A stretch of 64,000 bases of DNA. It comes from an uncultured virus (IMG/VR IMGVR_UViG_3300027896_000027) (taxonomy: Duplodnaviria > Heunggongvirae > Uroviricota > Caudoviricetes). The first letter of the stretch is position 1; each line of letters begins with the position of its first letter. The notes beneath the pieces are model-generated. The model searched no databases. It was not told where the DNA came from and was given only the letters and a program-made list of their open reading frames with translations. The position numbers and the translations under genes were made by a program. Positions 16,974 to 25,636 of the stretch are shown here, piece by piece. The stretch lies in the IMG/VR virus record IMGVR_UViG_3300027896_000027; one strand, 5' to 3'.

Positions 16974-17921
16974 ATGTCACTCCATACTGATTACAGACCG
17001 AAATCTTTTGATGAAATGTTGGGCAACAAATCAACTATCGCCAGTCTCAAATCGATTTATGCTCGGGAGAGTGATTGGCCCCATGCGGTTTTGCTCCAAG
17101 GGCCAAAGGGTTGTGGCAAGACAACCCTTGCTCGAATCATAGCTGGTCTGTTGGGGTGCAAGGGAAATGACCTTATGGAGATCAATTCTTCCAATAATCG
17201 GGGGATTGATACGGCGAGGTCTATTATAGAGGGGGCCAGGTTTAAGCCATTTACAGGCAAGTCCAGGGTCTATTTATTGGATGAAATTCATATGACTACC
17301 CAGGAGTTTCAAAATGCAATGCTTAAGCCTTTGGAGGATTCTCCAGCTCATGCTTATTTTCTGCTTTGCACTACCGATCCTTCCAAATTGATTCCTACTC
17401 TCCGTTCTCGTTGTCATACTTTTGAGGTCCAGTACTTGGCCGAAAGAGAGATAATCGTCCTATTGCAAAATGTTTTAAACCAGGAGAAAGCCAGTGCTCC
17501 AATGGAGGTTCTAAAGAAGATTGCGGAAGCATCTGACGGCTGTCCCAGGGATGCACTCAAGATCCTGGATCAAGTGATTGATATGAAACCGGGAGAGATG
17601 GCCGAGGCCGTGGTTTCATTTACCTATGCTGATAAACAGGTTGTGGATCTCTACAATGGGCTTATGAGGAAGGATTCCTGGAAGAGGATTTCTTCTACAT
17701 TGGCTAAAATTGATCTTTCCAATCCTGAAACTCCAAGGCGTGCAATGATTGGTTTGGCTGCGGCCAGTATGGGGAAAGGACAGGAGGACGTAAGGGCTGC
17801 TCTGGTTTACGAAGCTTTTAAAGAGCCGTTTTATAACAACGGGAAGGCAGGGTTTGTTTTCGCCGCTTATCGGGCTGTAGTTGACCTGGGCGATTTTGAA
17901 AAAGAGGGGGCTTCTTTTTAA
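16974..17921 (+). CDS. dnaX: clamp loader, DNA Pol III gamma/tau-like
   Basis: YRPKSFDE, GPKGCGKTT, LLDEIH, NAMLKPLED, SRC, G.PRDAL..LDQ. Confidence 0.92.
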   Translation: MSLHTDYRPKSFDEMLGNKSTIASLKSIYARESDWPHAVLLQGPKGCGKTTLARIIAGLLGCKGNDLMEINSSNNRGIDTARSIIEGARFKPFTGKSRVYLLDEIHMTTQEFQNAMLKPLEDSPAHAYFLLCTTDPSKLIPTLRSRCHTFEVQYLAEREIIVLLQNVLNQEKASAPMEVLKKIAEASDGCPRDALKILDQVIDMKPGEMAEAVVSFTYADKQVVDLYNGLMRKDSWKRISSTLAKIDLSNPETPRRAMIGLAAASMGKGQEDVRAALVYEAFKEPFYNNGKAGFVFAAYRAVVDLGDFEKEGASF

Positions 17922-17936
17922 ATCTAAAGATAAACC

Positions 17937-17964
17937 TTTTAAAAAAGTAGGTTTTATATATAAT
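17937..17964 (+). promoter_or_regulatory. promoter-like motif shared with 6273-6300
   Basis: TTTTAAAAAAG-N9-TATATAAT followed by AAGGAGG RBS. Confidence 0.5.
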
Positions 17965-17986
17965 AATATATAAGGAGGGTTAAGGA

Positions 17987-18559
17987 ATGGGCAAGTCAGA
18001 ACTTGATTATGAGCAGGAGTTAGCTATTGACCCTCATTCGTTAGATGAGGAGTGGCTTCGACAATCTGGCCTTTACATGAAGTACAGTGAGGCGGCTGCA
18101 GAGGCTGAGAGGATAAGAGATTTAGCAAAGGAGAAAATTAATGTTGTTAGGGCAGAATTGGATAAAGCGATCAGAAAAGATCCTGACAAGTATGGATTAG
18201 AGAAGGTCACTGACACTCCAGTAGCTGCAACCATTCTACTCCAGCAAGAGTATAAAGTAGCAAGTGAAGCACTGATTCAGGCTAACTACGAATTGAATAT
18301 GTTCCAATCAGCTGTTCGGGCTTTTGATAATAAACGGTCGGCTCTGGAGAATATGGTTAGATTGTGGCTTGGAAGTTATTTTTCTGGACCTAAAATCCCC
18401 CGAGATATTCCTGGAGGGAAAAGGATTATTGATATGACCAGGGATAAAGTTTCGGCCCGTACGCGAGAAGCACTTAATCGTCCTCCTTTGGTTGGAGAAT
18501 CGGAGGAGAAGACAAAAGAGGATCAACCATCAAGTCGACCTCTGCGGCGAAGGGGATAA
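17987..18559 (+). CDS. helical protein, UvsY/recombination-mediator-like
   Basis: IDPHSLDEEW..Q...helical...AFDNKRSALENMV; sits upstream of SSB and RecA. Confidence 0.55.
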   Translation: MGKSELDYEQELAIDPHSLDEEWLRQSGLYMKYSEAAAEAERIRDLAKEKINVVRAELDKAIRKDPDKYGLEKVTDTPVAATILLQQEYKVASEALIQANYELNMFQSAVRAFDNKRSALENMVRLWLGSYFSGPKIPRDIPGGKRIIDMTRDKVSARTREALNRPPLVGESEEKTKEDQPSSRPLRRRG

Positions 18560-18656
18560 GTAATGGGTTGGTATTATGTTGTGGGAGGAGCGGCATTGCT
18601 TGTCATTGTCGCTTGTATTGTGATCAAATTCTATTTTAAACAAAAGGAGGAATTCT

Positions 18657-19796
18657 ATGGAAAGTTACAGAGAGAAACTAAAGAACAGGACACAACAGGC
18701 AACGACAAATAGGGGCACCCGTGGAGCGGGTCGCAAGTCTATCCTTGATCTGGGGATGATTAGGCTCCCTCTGTTCACCCCCAGAAGTGGAAAGGATAAG
18801 AACTATATTGACATTATGCCTTGGAAGATCACCCAACCTTGGTACAAAAGCCTTCGTACCCGGGCAGGGGCGATTACCGGGCTTGATGTCGGGGATTATG
18901 ATTATAAGTTAGAGATCCCGCGTCATGGTAACATCGGCCCTGGTCAGGATTTGGCTCTTTGCCTTCGAGAGGCTTTTGGCAAGAATGATCCTGTCTGTGA
19001 GGACATGTTTGCCGAGTACCAAAAGAGAAAGGATGGGAACAAGGAATTCAACGAAAAGAAAGCCAGGGCTCTTCATTCCTCATGGAGAGATTTCTACATC
19101 ATCTATGACTACGATCAGTCAGACAAAGGATTCTTCCTTTGGGAAATAGCCTATGAGCTATTTGAAAAATATCTGCTTGATGAGTTGGCAACGGCCGAAG
19201 ATGGGGAGGGGATTATTGTTCCCTGGGATCTCCAGAGTGGTCGTTCCGTCGAGTTTAAGGGAAGAGAGAAAAAGATCGGTGAGGGTCCTGCTTTCATTGA
19301 GGCAGAGGGGATTACCTTTCATAAACGAGATCCTTATGAAGAGTCGATTCTTGCAAAAATTCCCTCTCTTGATGCCTCCCTCCTTGTTCCGACCTATGAG
19401 GAGATTCGAGATACTTATTATGGTTTGGAACCTGGAGAAGATGACAAACTTGGTGACCGTTCTGAAGTCCAGCCTCCTGTCGAGAAGGAACCCGCTCCTC
19501 GTACACGGACAAGAGGAGGAGAGGGTGCTCCAACCCCTTTGGCGCCGGAAACTCCTGCTCCAACAGCTGGGAGATCAAGAAGGGAGATTCCTCCTCCTCT
19601 TTCTTCTGCGTCTTCAGTTAGCTGTCCGGCAGGGGGAGTGTTTGGTTCCGATTGTGGTAGGATTCAGGCTTGTCAGGATGAAGCTTGTGATCAAGTGGTC
19701 TATGAGGCATGTCTTAAAAGGAGAGATGATTTATTTAGAGAAGCGGAGAAGGCAAAAGAGTCTTCTTCTTCTCAGCCCCGAACAAGAAGAAGGTAA
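18657..19796 (+). CDS. single-stranded DNA-binding protein (gp32-like), Cys-rich C-terminus
   Basis: H...C...DPVCE metal motif; Pro/Arg linker; context between mediator-like gene and RecA. Confidence 0.65.
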   Translation: MESYREKLKNRTQQATTNRGTRGAGRKSILDLGMIRLPLFTPRSGKDKNYIDIMPWKITQPWYKSLRTRAGAITGLDVGDYDYKLEIPRHGNIGPGQDLALCLREAFGKNDPVCEDMFAEYQKRKDGNKEFNEKKARALHSSWRDFYIIYDYDQSDKGFFLWEIAYELFEKYLLDELATAEDGEGIIVPWDLQSGRSVEFKGREKKIGEGPAFIEAEGITFHKRDPYEESILAKIPSLDASLLVPTYEEIRDTYYGLEPGEDDKLGDRSEVQPPVEKEPAPRTRTRGGEGAPTPLAPETPAPTAGRSRREIPPPLSSASSVSCPAGGVFGSDCGRIQACQDEACDQVVYEACLKRRDDLFREAEKAKESSSSQPRTRRR

Positions 19797-19799
19797 GAT

Positions 19800-20897
19800 A
19801 TGACAGAAAGGACGAGAACTTCACCGGTAGATCAAATTAGACATCGTGCCTATTCATCTCCTGATGAATCGAGGGAGAGAGTTGAGTTTCTTAGTACAGG
19901 TTCTGTCCTTCTTAATCTTGCGGCTTCTCAGAAAGCTCGGGATGGGGGTTGGGCGAGAGGAAGGGTGGTCAATCTGGTTGGAGATGGATCAACAGGTAAG
20001 ACGCTCCTTGCCCTTGAAGCTGCTGCTCAACTTTATTACTATATCAAAGAGAAAGAGTCAAAGCTTTTTCCAAAAGTTCAGAATGTCGAAATTGTCTATT
20101 GGAACAAGGAATCGGTGATGGACTTCCCTCTTGAGAAGATGTATGGAAAGCCCTTTGTCGAAGCTATTGATTGGAGCCGGAAATGTTCGACGGCTGAGGA
20201 ATGGGGCAGGGATGTGATGAGGAGGGTCATAGCTCACAAGCGAGGTACGTGTTTTCTGGGCATTCTGGATTCGATTGATTCTCTTGGAACAGAAGGTGGT
20301 CAGGCTCGTCTCGCTAAGTCTATTAAAAGTGATGCGCCGATGGATGGCACTTATGGAACGGGAACAGAGAGAGCGAAATACTTCTCAGCCGACTTTTTCA
20401 ACAATCTTTGTTCCGACCAGCAGGGGAAAGATATTACGCTTATCTTAATCAGTCAGGTTCGTGATAAGATTAATGCTCAATTTTGGGAAAAGAAACAGTA
20501 TAGGGCTGGCGGAAAGGCCCTGGATTTCTACACCCACCAGGTTGCTTGGCTGGCTGTTGGTGAAAGACTAAAGAAGGAGTGGGATAAACAAAAAAGGATT
20601 TATGGGATAACAGTTAGGGCAAAGTTTGAGAGATCTAAAGTTGCCCCTCCGTTTAGGGAGGCAGAGATCGATCTCCTTTTCGATTATGGATTGGATGATA
20701 TCGGATCTATGGTTGAGTTCTTGCCGTCAGAGAGAATTCAGAAGGTATTCCGAGAGAAGATCAGTCGAGAGAAGTTGATTGAAATGGCCGATAAGAATCA
20801 AAACATTTATGATAGATTGGTTTATGCAGTTGAAACTTACTGGCGAGAAATTGAAACAAATACTCAAATTATTCGTCGACCGAGGTTTGGGAGATGA
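19800..20897 (+). CDS. recA: RecA/UvsX-like recombinase
   Basis: STGS..LN, GDGSTGKT, ILDSID, ISQVRDKI, GGKALDFY, KVAPPFREA. Confidence 0.9.
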   Translation: MTERTRTSPVDQIRHRAYSSPDESRERVEFLSTGSVLLNLAASQKARDGGWARGRVVNLVGDGSTGKTLLALEAAAQLYYYIKEKESKLFPKVQNVEIVYWNKESVMDFPLEKMYGKPFVEAIDWSRKCSTAEEWGRDVMRRVIAHKRGTCFLGILDSIDSLGTEGGQARLAKSIKSDAPMDGTYGTGTERAKYFSADFFNNLCSDQQGKDITLILISQVRDKINAQFWEKKQYRAGGKALDFYTHQVAWLAVGERLKKEWDKQKRIYGITVRAKFERSKVAPPFREAEIDLLFDYGLDDIGSMVEFLPSERIQKVFREKISREKLIEMADKNQNIYDRLVYAVETYWREIETNTQIIRRPRFGR

Positions 20898-20919
20898 AAG
20901 GAGGTTTGGGAGATGAAAG
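20882..20919. repeat. 19-bp tandem duplication
   Basis: GAGGTTTGGGAGATGAAAG x2, spanning the recA stop and the next start. Confidence 0.9.
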
Positions 20920-21611
20920 GAGGAAAGGCTGTGGAGATATTTGAATTGGCAAAACGAAAAGGTGGATTGCCGGTGAAGTTGGAAGACTTAGTTCCACTTT
21001 CTTTCATCGGTCAGGCTGCGGTCAGCTTCTATCGGTCAAAGATCAAGTTGATGGATCAACTGAAGATGACAGAGTCACAGCGCAAAGTAACCCTGAAAGA
21101 TGGTCAGGACGCCGGAGAGATGCTCCTGGACATCGAAGCGAGGATTGGGGAGTTGGCAGAGAAGGAGGAGAGAGCTACGACCTTGCCTGTCCGTGGAGTA
21201 AGGCAAGGTAGAGGAATGAAGCCTTCCGGCAAACCTCCCAAACACGAGCGGTTAGGCGTCTCTGAAAAGCACATGCACCAATCCGTGGCCATCCACAAAC
21301 ATCCCGAGATCGTCGAGCGGGTGAAGGCCCAGGCCAGGGAGAACGAAGATATACCGACCCGGACGGCGGTCATCGCTACGATCAATTATGAGTCAGAAAA
21401 GAGATCAAAAGAGAAGGCAAAGGAGAGTCTTGGTAAGCTGAAGGGCGTTATCGCCATTGAGCAAGTGCAATATATCAATGCTCTCGATAAGGCGATTCGG
21501 GTCATCCCTATTCAGCCACCTAAACAGTGGAACGAACAGGCGTTCAAAGAGGCTAAGGCCAAAGCCCAGATCATAATCAAAAGATTGGAGGTCTTTAGTG
21601 AAAAGTCCTAA
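20913..21611 (+). CDS. hypothetical helical protein
   Basis: AGEMLLDIEARIGEL segment; higher GC than neighbours by eye. Confidence 0.7.
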   Translation: MKGGKAVEIFELAKRKGGLPVKLEDLVPLSFIGQAAVSFYRSKIKLMDQLKMTESQRKVTLKDGQDAGEMLLDIEARIGELAEKEERATTLPVRGVRQGRGMKPSGKPPKHERLGVSEKHMHQSVAIHKHPEIVERVKAQARENEDIPTRTAVIATINYESEKRSKEKAKESLGKLKGVIAIEQVQYINALDKAIRVIPIQPPKQWNEQAFKEAKAKAQIIIKRLEVFSEKS

Positions 21612-22083
21612 AAACAAATTGGATAAGAGGATCAAGGTTTCGGCGGAAGATGTTCTAAGTCAGATTAACGGGAAGCATAAAAAGAAAAGAGACCTGGCCA
21701 AAGATTTTGAAGTGACTGACAGAACTATTTCAAATAAGATTCGCACTTTACAGGAAGTGGGGCACCCGATAATTTTCTCTAAAAAAGGGCTTATATGCAT
21801 TGACAAGGAATGGTTGGAATCGGAACCCCATGCAGAAGAGTTAGAGGATTTTCTTAATTGGTGCATAGGTGGGATAAAGCGATTTCACTCATTAATATCT
21901 CCGACTCAGCCCTTGTTGCCAGAAATGAAGAGAACATTATCAGTTAACTACTCACCAGAAGAACGTAGAGAGTTAGCCAGAGATTGTTTTAAGGCTGGAG
22001 CATTTCTAACATTTATAGAAGAGGTCGAGGAGGCAGGAAAACAACCTTTGGGATTACCATTGAAAAGAAGTAGAACCTCATGA
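21598..22083 (+). CDS. HTH DNA-binding protein
   Basis: DLAKDFEVTDRTISNKIRTLQEVGHPI. Confidence 0.7.
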   Translation: MKSPKNKLDKRIKVSAEDVLSQINGKHKKKRDLAKDFEVTDRTISNKIRTLQEVGHPIIFSKKGLICIDKEWLESEPHAEELEDFLNWCIGGIKRFHSLISPTQPLLPEMKRTLSVNYSPEERRELARDCFKAGAFLTFIEEVEEAGKQPLGLPLKRSRTS

Positions 22084-22274
22084 AAGTTCAAAAGAAAGAA
22101 GGCTGGATCAACACCAATCAGGCTATGGAGATTGTAAAACAGCATGGTGTCTCCTGCACCCGGACTTCCTTTTTAACGTGGAACAAAAAATATCTGTTAG
22201 GGAAGAAGGTTGGTGGCAGGTGGTATATTGATCCAATTCGACTTGAGAAATTCTTGGAGGGAAAGAGTGGGTAG
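22080..22274 (+). CDS. small HTH (excisionase/MerR-like) protein
   Basis: GKKVGGRWYID wing motif. Confidence 0.65.
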   Translation: MKVQKKEGWINTNQAMEIVKQHGVSCTRTSFLTWNKKYLLGKKVGGRWYIDPIRLEKFLEGKSG

Positions 22275-22683
22275 GAAAAAGAAATTGTCCGCTAAAGAAA
22301 AGAAAGAGATTCAGAAGCTGGTGCGGCAGGCTTTGGAGCTTTGGCGTCGGGTTGTGAAGGAACGTGCTGGCAGGATATGTGAAGCGCCAGGATGCAATAA
22401 AAAGAAATTTCTGAATGCTCATCATATAGAGAGTTATACGACAAATAAGGGGCTCAGGTTTGATCCAGAGAATGGTTTCTGCGGTTGTCCAGGGCATCAC
22501 AAGTTTAAATGGGTATCGGCCCATAAAAGTTTCTGTTTTCTTTATGAGATATTGACTACGGTTAGAAGGAAAAGTTTGGAATATCTTCTGGCAAATTATA
22601 AGGTGAAGGTTGATGTAACGAAAGAGTTCTTAGAAGGTGTTATAAGGAGTTTGAGCCGAGAACTCAGGGCAAGAGGAAAATGA
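22267..22683 (+). CDS. HNH/NinG-like endonuclease
   Basis: CEAPGC...AHHI...LRFDPENG..GCPGHH; GTG start at 22267. Confidence 0.75.
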   Translation: MGRKKKLSAKEKKEIQKLVRQALELWRRVVKERAGRICEAPGCNKKKFLNAHHIESYTTNKGLRFDPENGFCGCPGHHKFKWVSAHKSFCFLYEILTTVRRKSLEYLLANYKVKVDVTKEFLEGVIRSLSRELRARGK

Positions 22684-23879
22684 TTTCCCAAATTAAAATC
22701 CAAAACTTTCAGAGTCATAAAGAAGCTATTCTTGATCTTCATGAAGGAGTCAATGCGTTGATCGGCCTGACTGGGGCTGGGAAGTCTGTCGTCTTCAAAG
22801 CTCTGGACTGGCTATTTCGTAATCGCCCCCTGGGTGATGAGTATCGGTCGTGGTGGGGCGGAGATACAAGGGTCGAGATCGTCTTGAAAGAAGGCCAGAA
22901 AGTTGGCCGTGTTCGGACTGATGCTGACAACTACTATTACGTTGGCAAAAAGGAATTTCGGGCTTTCGGCACTGGTTCTCCACCACAGCCTGTGCTCGAA
23001 GTGTTGAATCTTTCGGAGGTTAACTTTCAGGCGCAGGCTGACCCCTCCTTTTTGATTTCTAACTCTTCCGGTGAGGTGGCTCGGTATCTGAATCGGGCGG
23101 CACATCTGGATACTATTGATCAGGCTCTTTCTAATATTGCGTCTGTTCTCCGTAAAGAGAAGGAAGAGCTAAATCAATCGAAAGGGATTCTTGAACAAGC
23201 CCAGGGGCAATTACTTCAATATGATTGGCTTCCAGAGGCAAATGATAAGTTAGTGAGATTGGAGGATCTGCAAGAAAAGGTTGTTGGCTTGACTGGTCAG
23301 AGATTTGGATTAACCGAAACTGTAGTTAAGTATGATATGGTGGAAAGTGAATTAACTCAGTTGAAAGAAGTTTTGAAATTTGAATTAGAAACAAAGAGAT
23401 TAAACTTGCTTGATCAGGAGATCGAGAAACAGAACACACAGTGGGAGCAGTTGGCGGCCGTTGTTGATCAATATGAGAAAGCCGAAAAAGAGTTAGCAGG
23501 GCTGGTTGAGGTTGAGAGATGGAGCGAATTGGTCGAGCAGTCGATTAGTTTGTTTGACAGTATTGAGACGCGGCGTATTAAGATAACTGCACTAGGAGTT
23601 ATCGTTTCGGATTATGAGAAGACAAGGGAAGAGTTGAAGTCATATGATCAGCTGTCGGAGTTAGAAAAGAAATGGGCAGCATTGAGTGTTTTAGGCACTA
23701 TTATTTATGATCTAAAAAGTAGTCAAGCGTTCTTAAAAGGAATTGTCCAAGGGATAGAGGAAACGATGTCAGCCTGGGATAAGGCTGAAAAAGAGACGAT
23801 AAAATTAAAAATAGAATTTAATCGGTTGATGCCAAATATCTGCCCGTTGTGTGATGGAACTGGAGGAAAAAAGAATTGA
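22680..23879 (+). CDS. sbcC: SbcC/Rad50 N-terminal half (Walker A, Q-loop, coiled coil, terminal Zn hook)
   Basis: IQNFQSH, GLTGAGKS, NFQAQ; ends CPLC; no Walker B. Confidence 0.85.
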   Translation: MISQIKIQNFQSHKEAILDLHEGVNALIGLTGAGKSVVFKALDWLFRNRPLGDEYRSWWGGDTRVEIVLKEGQKVGRVRTDADNYYYVGKKEFRAFGTGSPPQPVLEVLNLSEVNFQAQADPSFLISNSSGEVARYLNRAAHLDTIDQALSNIASVLRKEKEELNQSKGILEQAQGQLLQYDWLPEANDKLVRLEDLQEKVVGLTGQRFGLTETVVKYDMVESELTQLKEVLKFELETKRLNLLDQEIEKQNTQWEQLAAVVDQYEKAEKELAGLVEVERWSELVEQSISLFDSIETRRIKITALGVIVSDYEKTREELKSYDQLSELEKKWAALSVLGTIIYDLKSSQAFLKGIVQGIEETMSAWDKAEKETIKLKIEFNRLMPNICPLCDGTGGKKN

Positions 23880-24883
23880 AACGAACACGAACTTGGATAG
23901 GTGGTACACCGTTTGCTAAATCTACTTCTCTGCCTACGGCCATTCTGAGTGCCGACTGGCATATTAGACCGACTGTGCCCGTCTGTCGGACAGATGACTT
24001 TATGGCGGCTATGTGGAGGAAGGTCGATTTCGTTTTTGATTTAGCCGTTGAGAATCGAGTTCCGATTTTACTTGCTGGAGATATTTGTCTTAAGTCTCAA
24101 TGGCCAAATTGGTTGGAGGAGGAATTTATTAGGAAGGTTAAGAGTACGTCGACGGCTAATGGCGGAAGGCCAGTCGATATATTTGCTATTCCTGGGCAGC
24201 ATGATCTTCCAGATCATAACCTTGATCTATGGAGAAAATCTTCTATTGGAGTGCTTCATGCTGCAGAGGCGATAAATTTGTTTGGAGTTGGGATAGTAGA
24301 GGATGCTGGCGGTCTATATAAATTAGGAGAATGTAGTATTTTCCCTTTCCCGTTTGGGGTTGAAGTCTCTCATTTAGATAGGAAAAAATATGTGACTGCT
24401 GATCCGGTTGTTGCCATTACCCATACTCTTGTTACCGAGCGAGCACCTGAAGAATTTTTGGAGAAGTATGGCGCTCAATCGGCGATATCTATGCTCAAGA
24501 AATTTCCTGAATATGATTTAATATTGACGGGAGATAATCATAAGCCGTTTGTCGTTGAGTGTGAAGGTAGGCTTTTGATCAATCCTGGTTCTCTGATGCG
24601 GACGACTGCTGACCAGGTTGACCATAAACCGAGAGTCTATTTATGGTATGCTCAGGAGAATCGGGTTGAACCAGTTTATCTGCCGATTGAAGAGGGGGTA
24701 GTTGACAGGACGCATATTGATCTCCAAGAGGCGAAGGATGAACGGATAGAGGCGTACGTTAGTCGGCTTTCTGAAGAAGTGGAGATCGGTCTGTCGTTTG
24801 AGGGAAATTTGGAATCTTATTTTCGTACAAACAGGGTGAGGAAGCCCGTTCAGGATAAAGTATGGTCGGCAATGCCAAAGTAG
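23876..24883 (+). CDS. sbcD: SbcD/Mre11 metallophosphoesterase nuclease
   Basis: ADWH, AGD, PGQHD, TGDNH, NPGS. Confidence 0.9.
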   Translation: MKRTRTWIGGTPFAKSTSLPTAILSADWHIRPTVPVCRTDDFMAAMWRKVDFVFDLAVENRVPILLAGDICLKSQWPNWLEEEFIRKVKSTSTANGGRPVDIFAIPGQHDLPDHNLDLWRKSSIGVLHAAEAINLFGVGIVEDAGGLYKLGECSIFPFPFGVEVSHLDRKKYVTADPVVAITHTLVTERAPEEFLEKYGAQSAISMLKKFPEYDLILTGDNHKPFVVECEGRLLINPGSLMRTTADQVDHKPRVYLWYAQENRVEPVYLPIEEGVVDRTHIDLQEAKDERIEAYVSRLSEEVEIGLSFEGNLESYFRTNRVRKPVQDKVWSAMPK

Positions 24884-25262
24884 AGATTCCAGTTTGCCTC
24901 TATTGTTATCGGGCAGTAATTCGGTTGAAGTGGGGGATGAGTGATTGGATACGTAAAGCCAGATGCGTGGAGTGCGGGAGGGTGTTTGTTTTAGATTTGC
25001 CGGAGAAGAAAAAAGATGGAAAAACGGTCGGAAATGATGAAGATTCATAATGATTTTTTAAAGATCTGTAAGCTAACTGCAAGCCATGTTCGGTCTCTTA
25101 AATTTAAACTGAGACATAAGACTAAAAGATATTGGAAAATTGGGAGAGAAATTAAAAATCATCCCGTTCTTGAGATGATGACCTCTTTTGTAAATGAATC
25201 TCGAGTGGTATCGAAGAAAGCTTGGAAAGAGCTTGAGAAGTATAAAACGAAGGGAGAATTTT

Positions 25263-25511
25263 ATGGCAGAGGAAAAAGATAAAGCGAAAAGGCTTTTACA
25301 GATCAAGGAGCAGATCGACCAGGCCAAATCTAAGGCTGACCGGCTCCGTGGCACTCTGGAGCAACTGGAGGGCCAGTTGAAGCAATATGGAGTCAAGACT
25401 TTGGCTGAGGCGAAGAAGAAGCTTGCTCAGATGGATGCTGAGCTGGTTAAGTCTGAGAAAGAGTTGACTGCAGGGATTGAGAGTTTGGAGAAGGCGTATG
25501 AGTGGACTTAA
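25263..25511 (+). CDS. small coiled-coil protein
   Basis: ATG at 25263 with GGAG RBS; heptad-rich throughout. Confidence 0.65.
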   Translation: MAEEKDKAKRLLQIKEQIDQAKSKADRLRGTLEQLEGQLKQYGVKTLAEAKKKLAQMDAELVKSEKELTAGIESLEKAYEWT

Positions 25512-25636
25512 GTGGGTAAATACGGTGAATTTGACCCGGTTTTACCTCGAAAACTGCTCGTAGGACAAGAGATTAGGTATAAGGAGGTATACTACCATAG
25601 GAAGACTGGATATGAGGTTTTTGGGGGCTGATTTTT

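Noticed and set aside
19153..19803. 216-aa alternative-frame ORF inside the SSB gene
   Set aside because: Fully nested off-frame with no motif; treated as a chance ORF.
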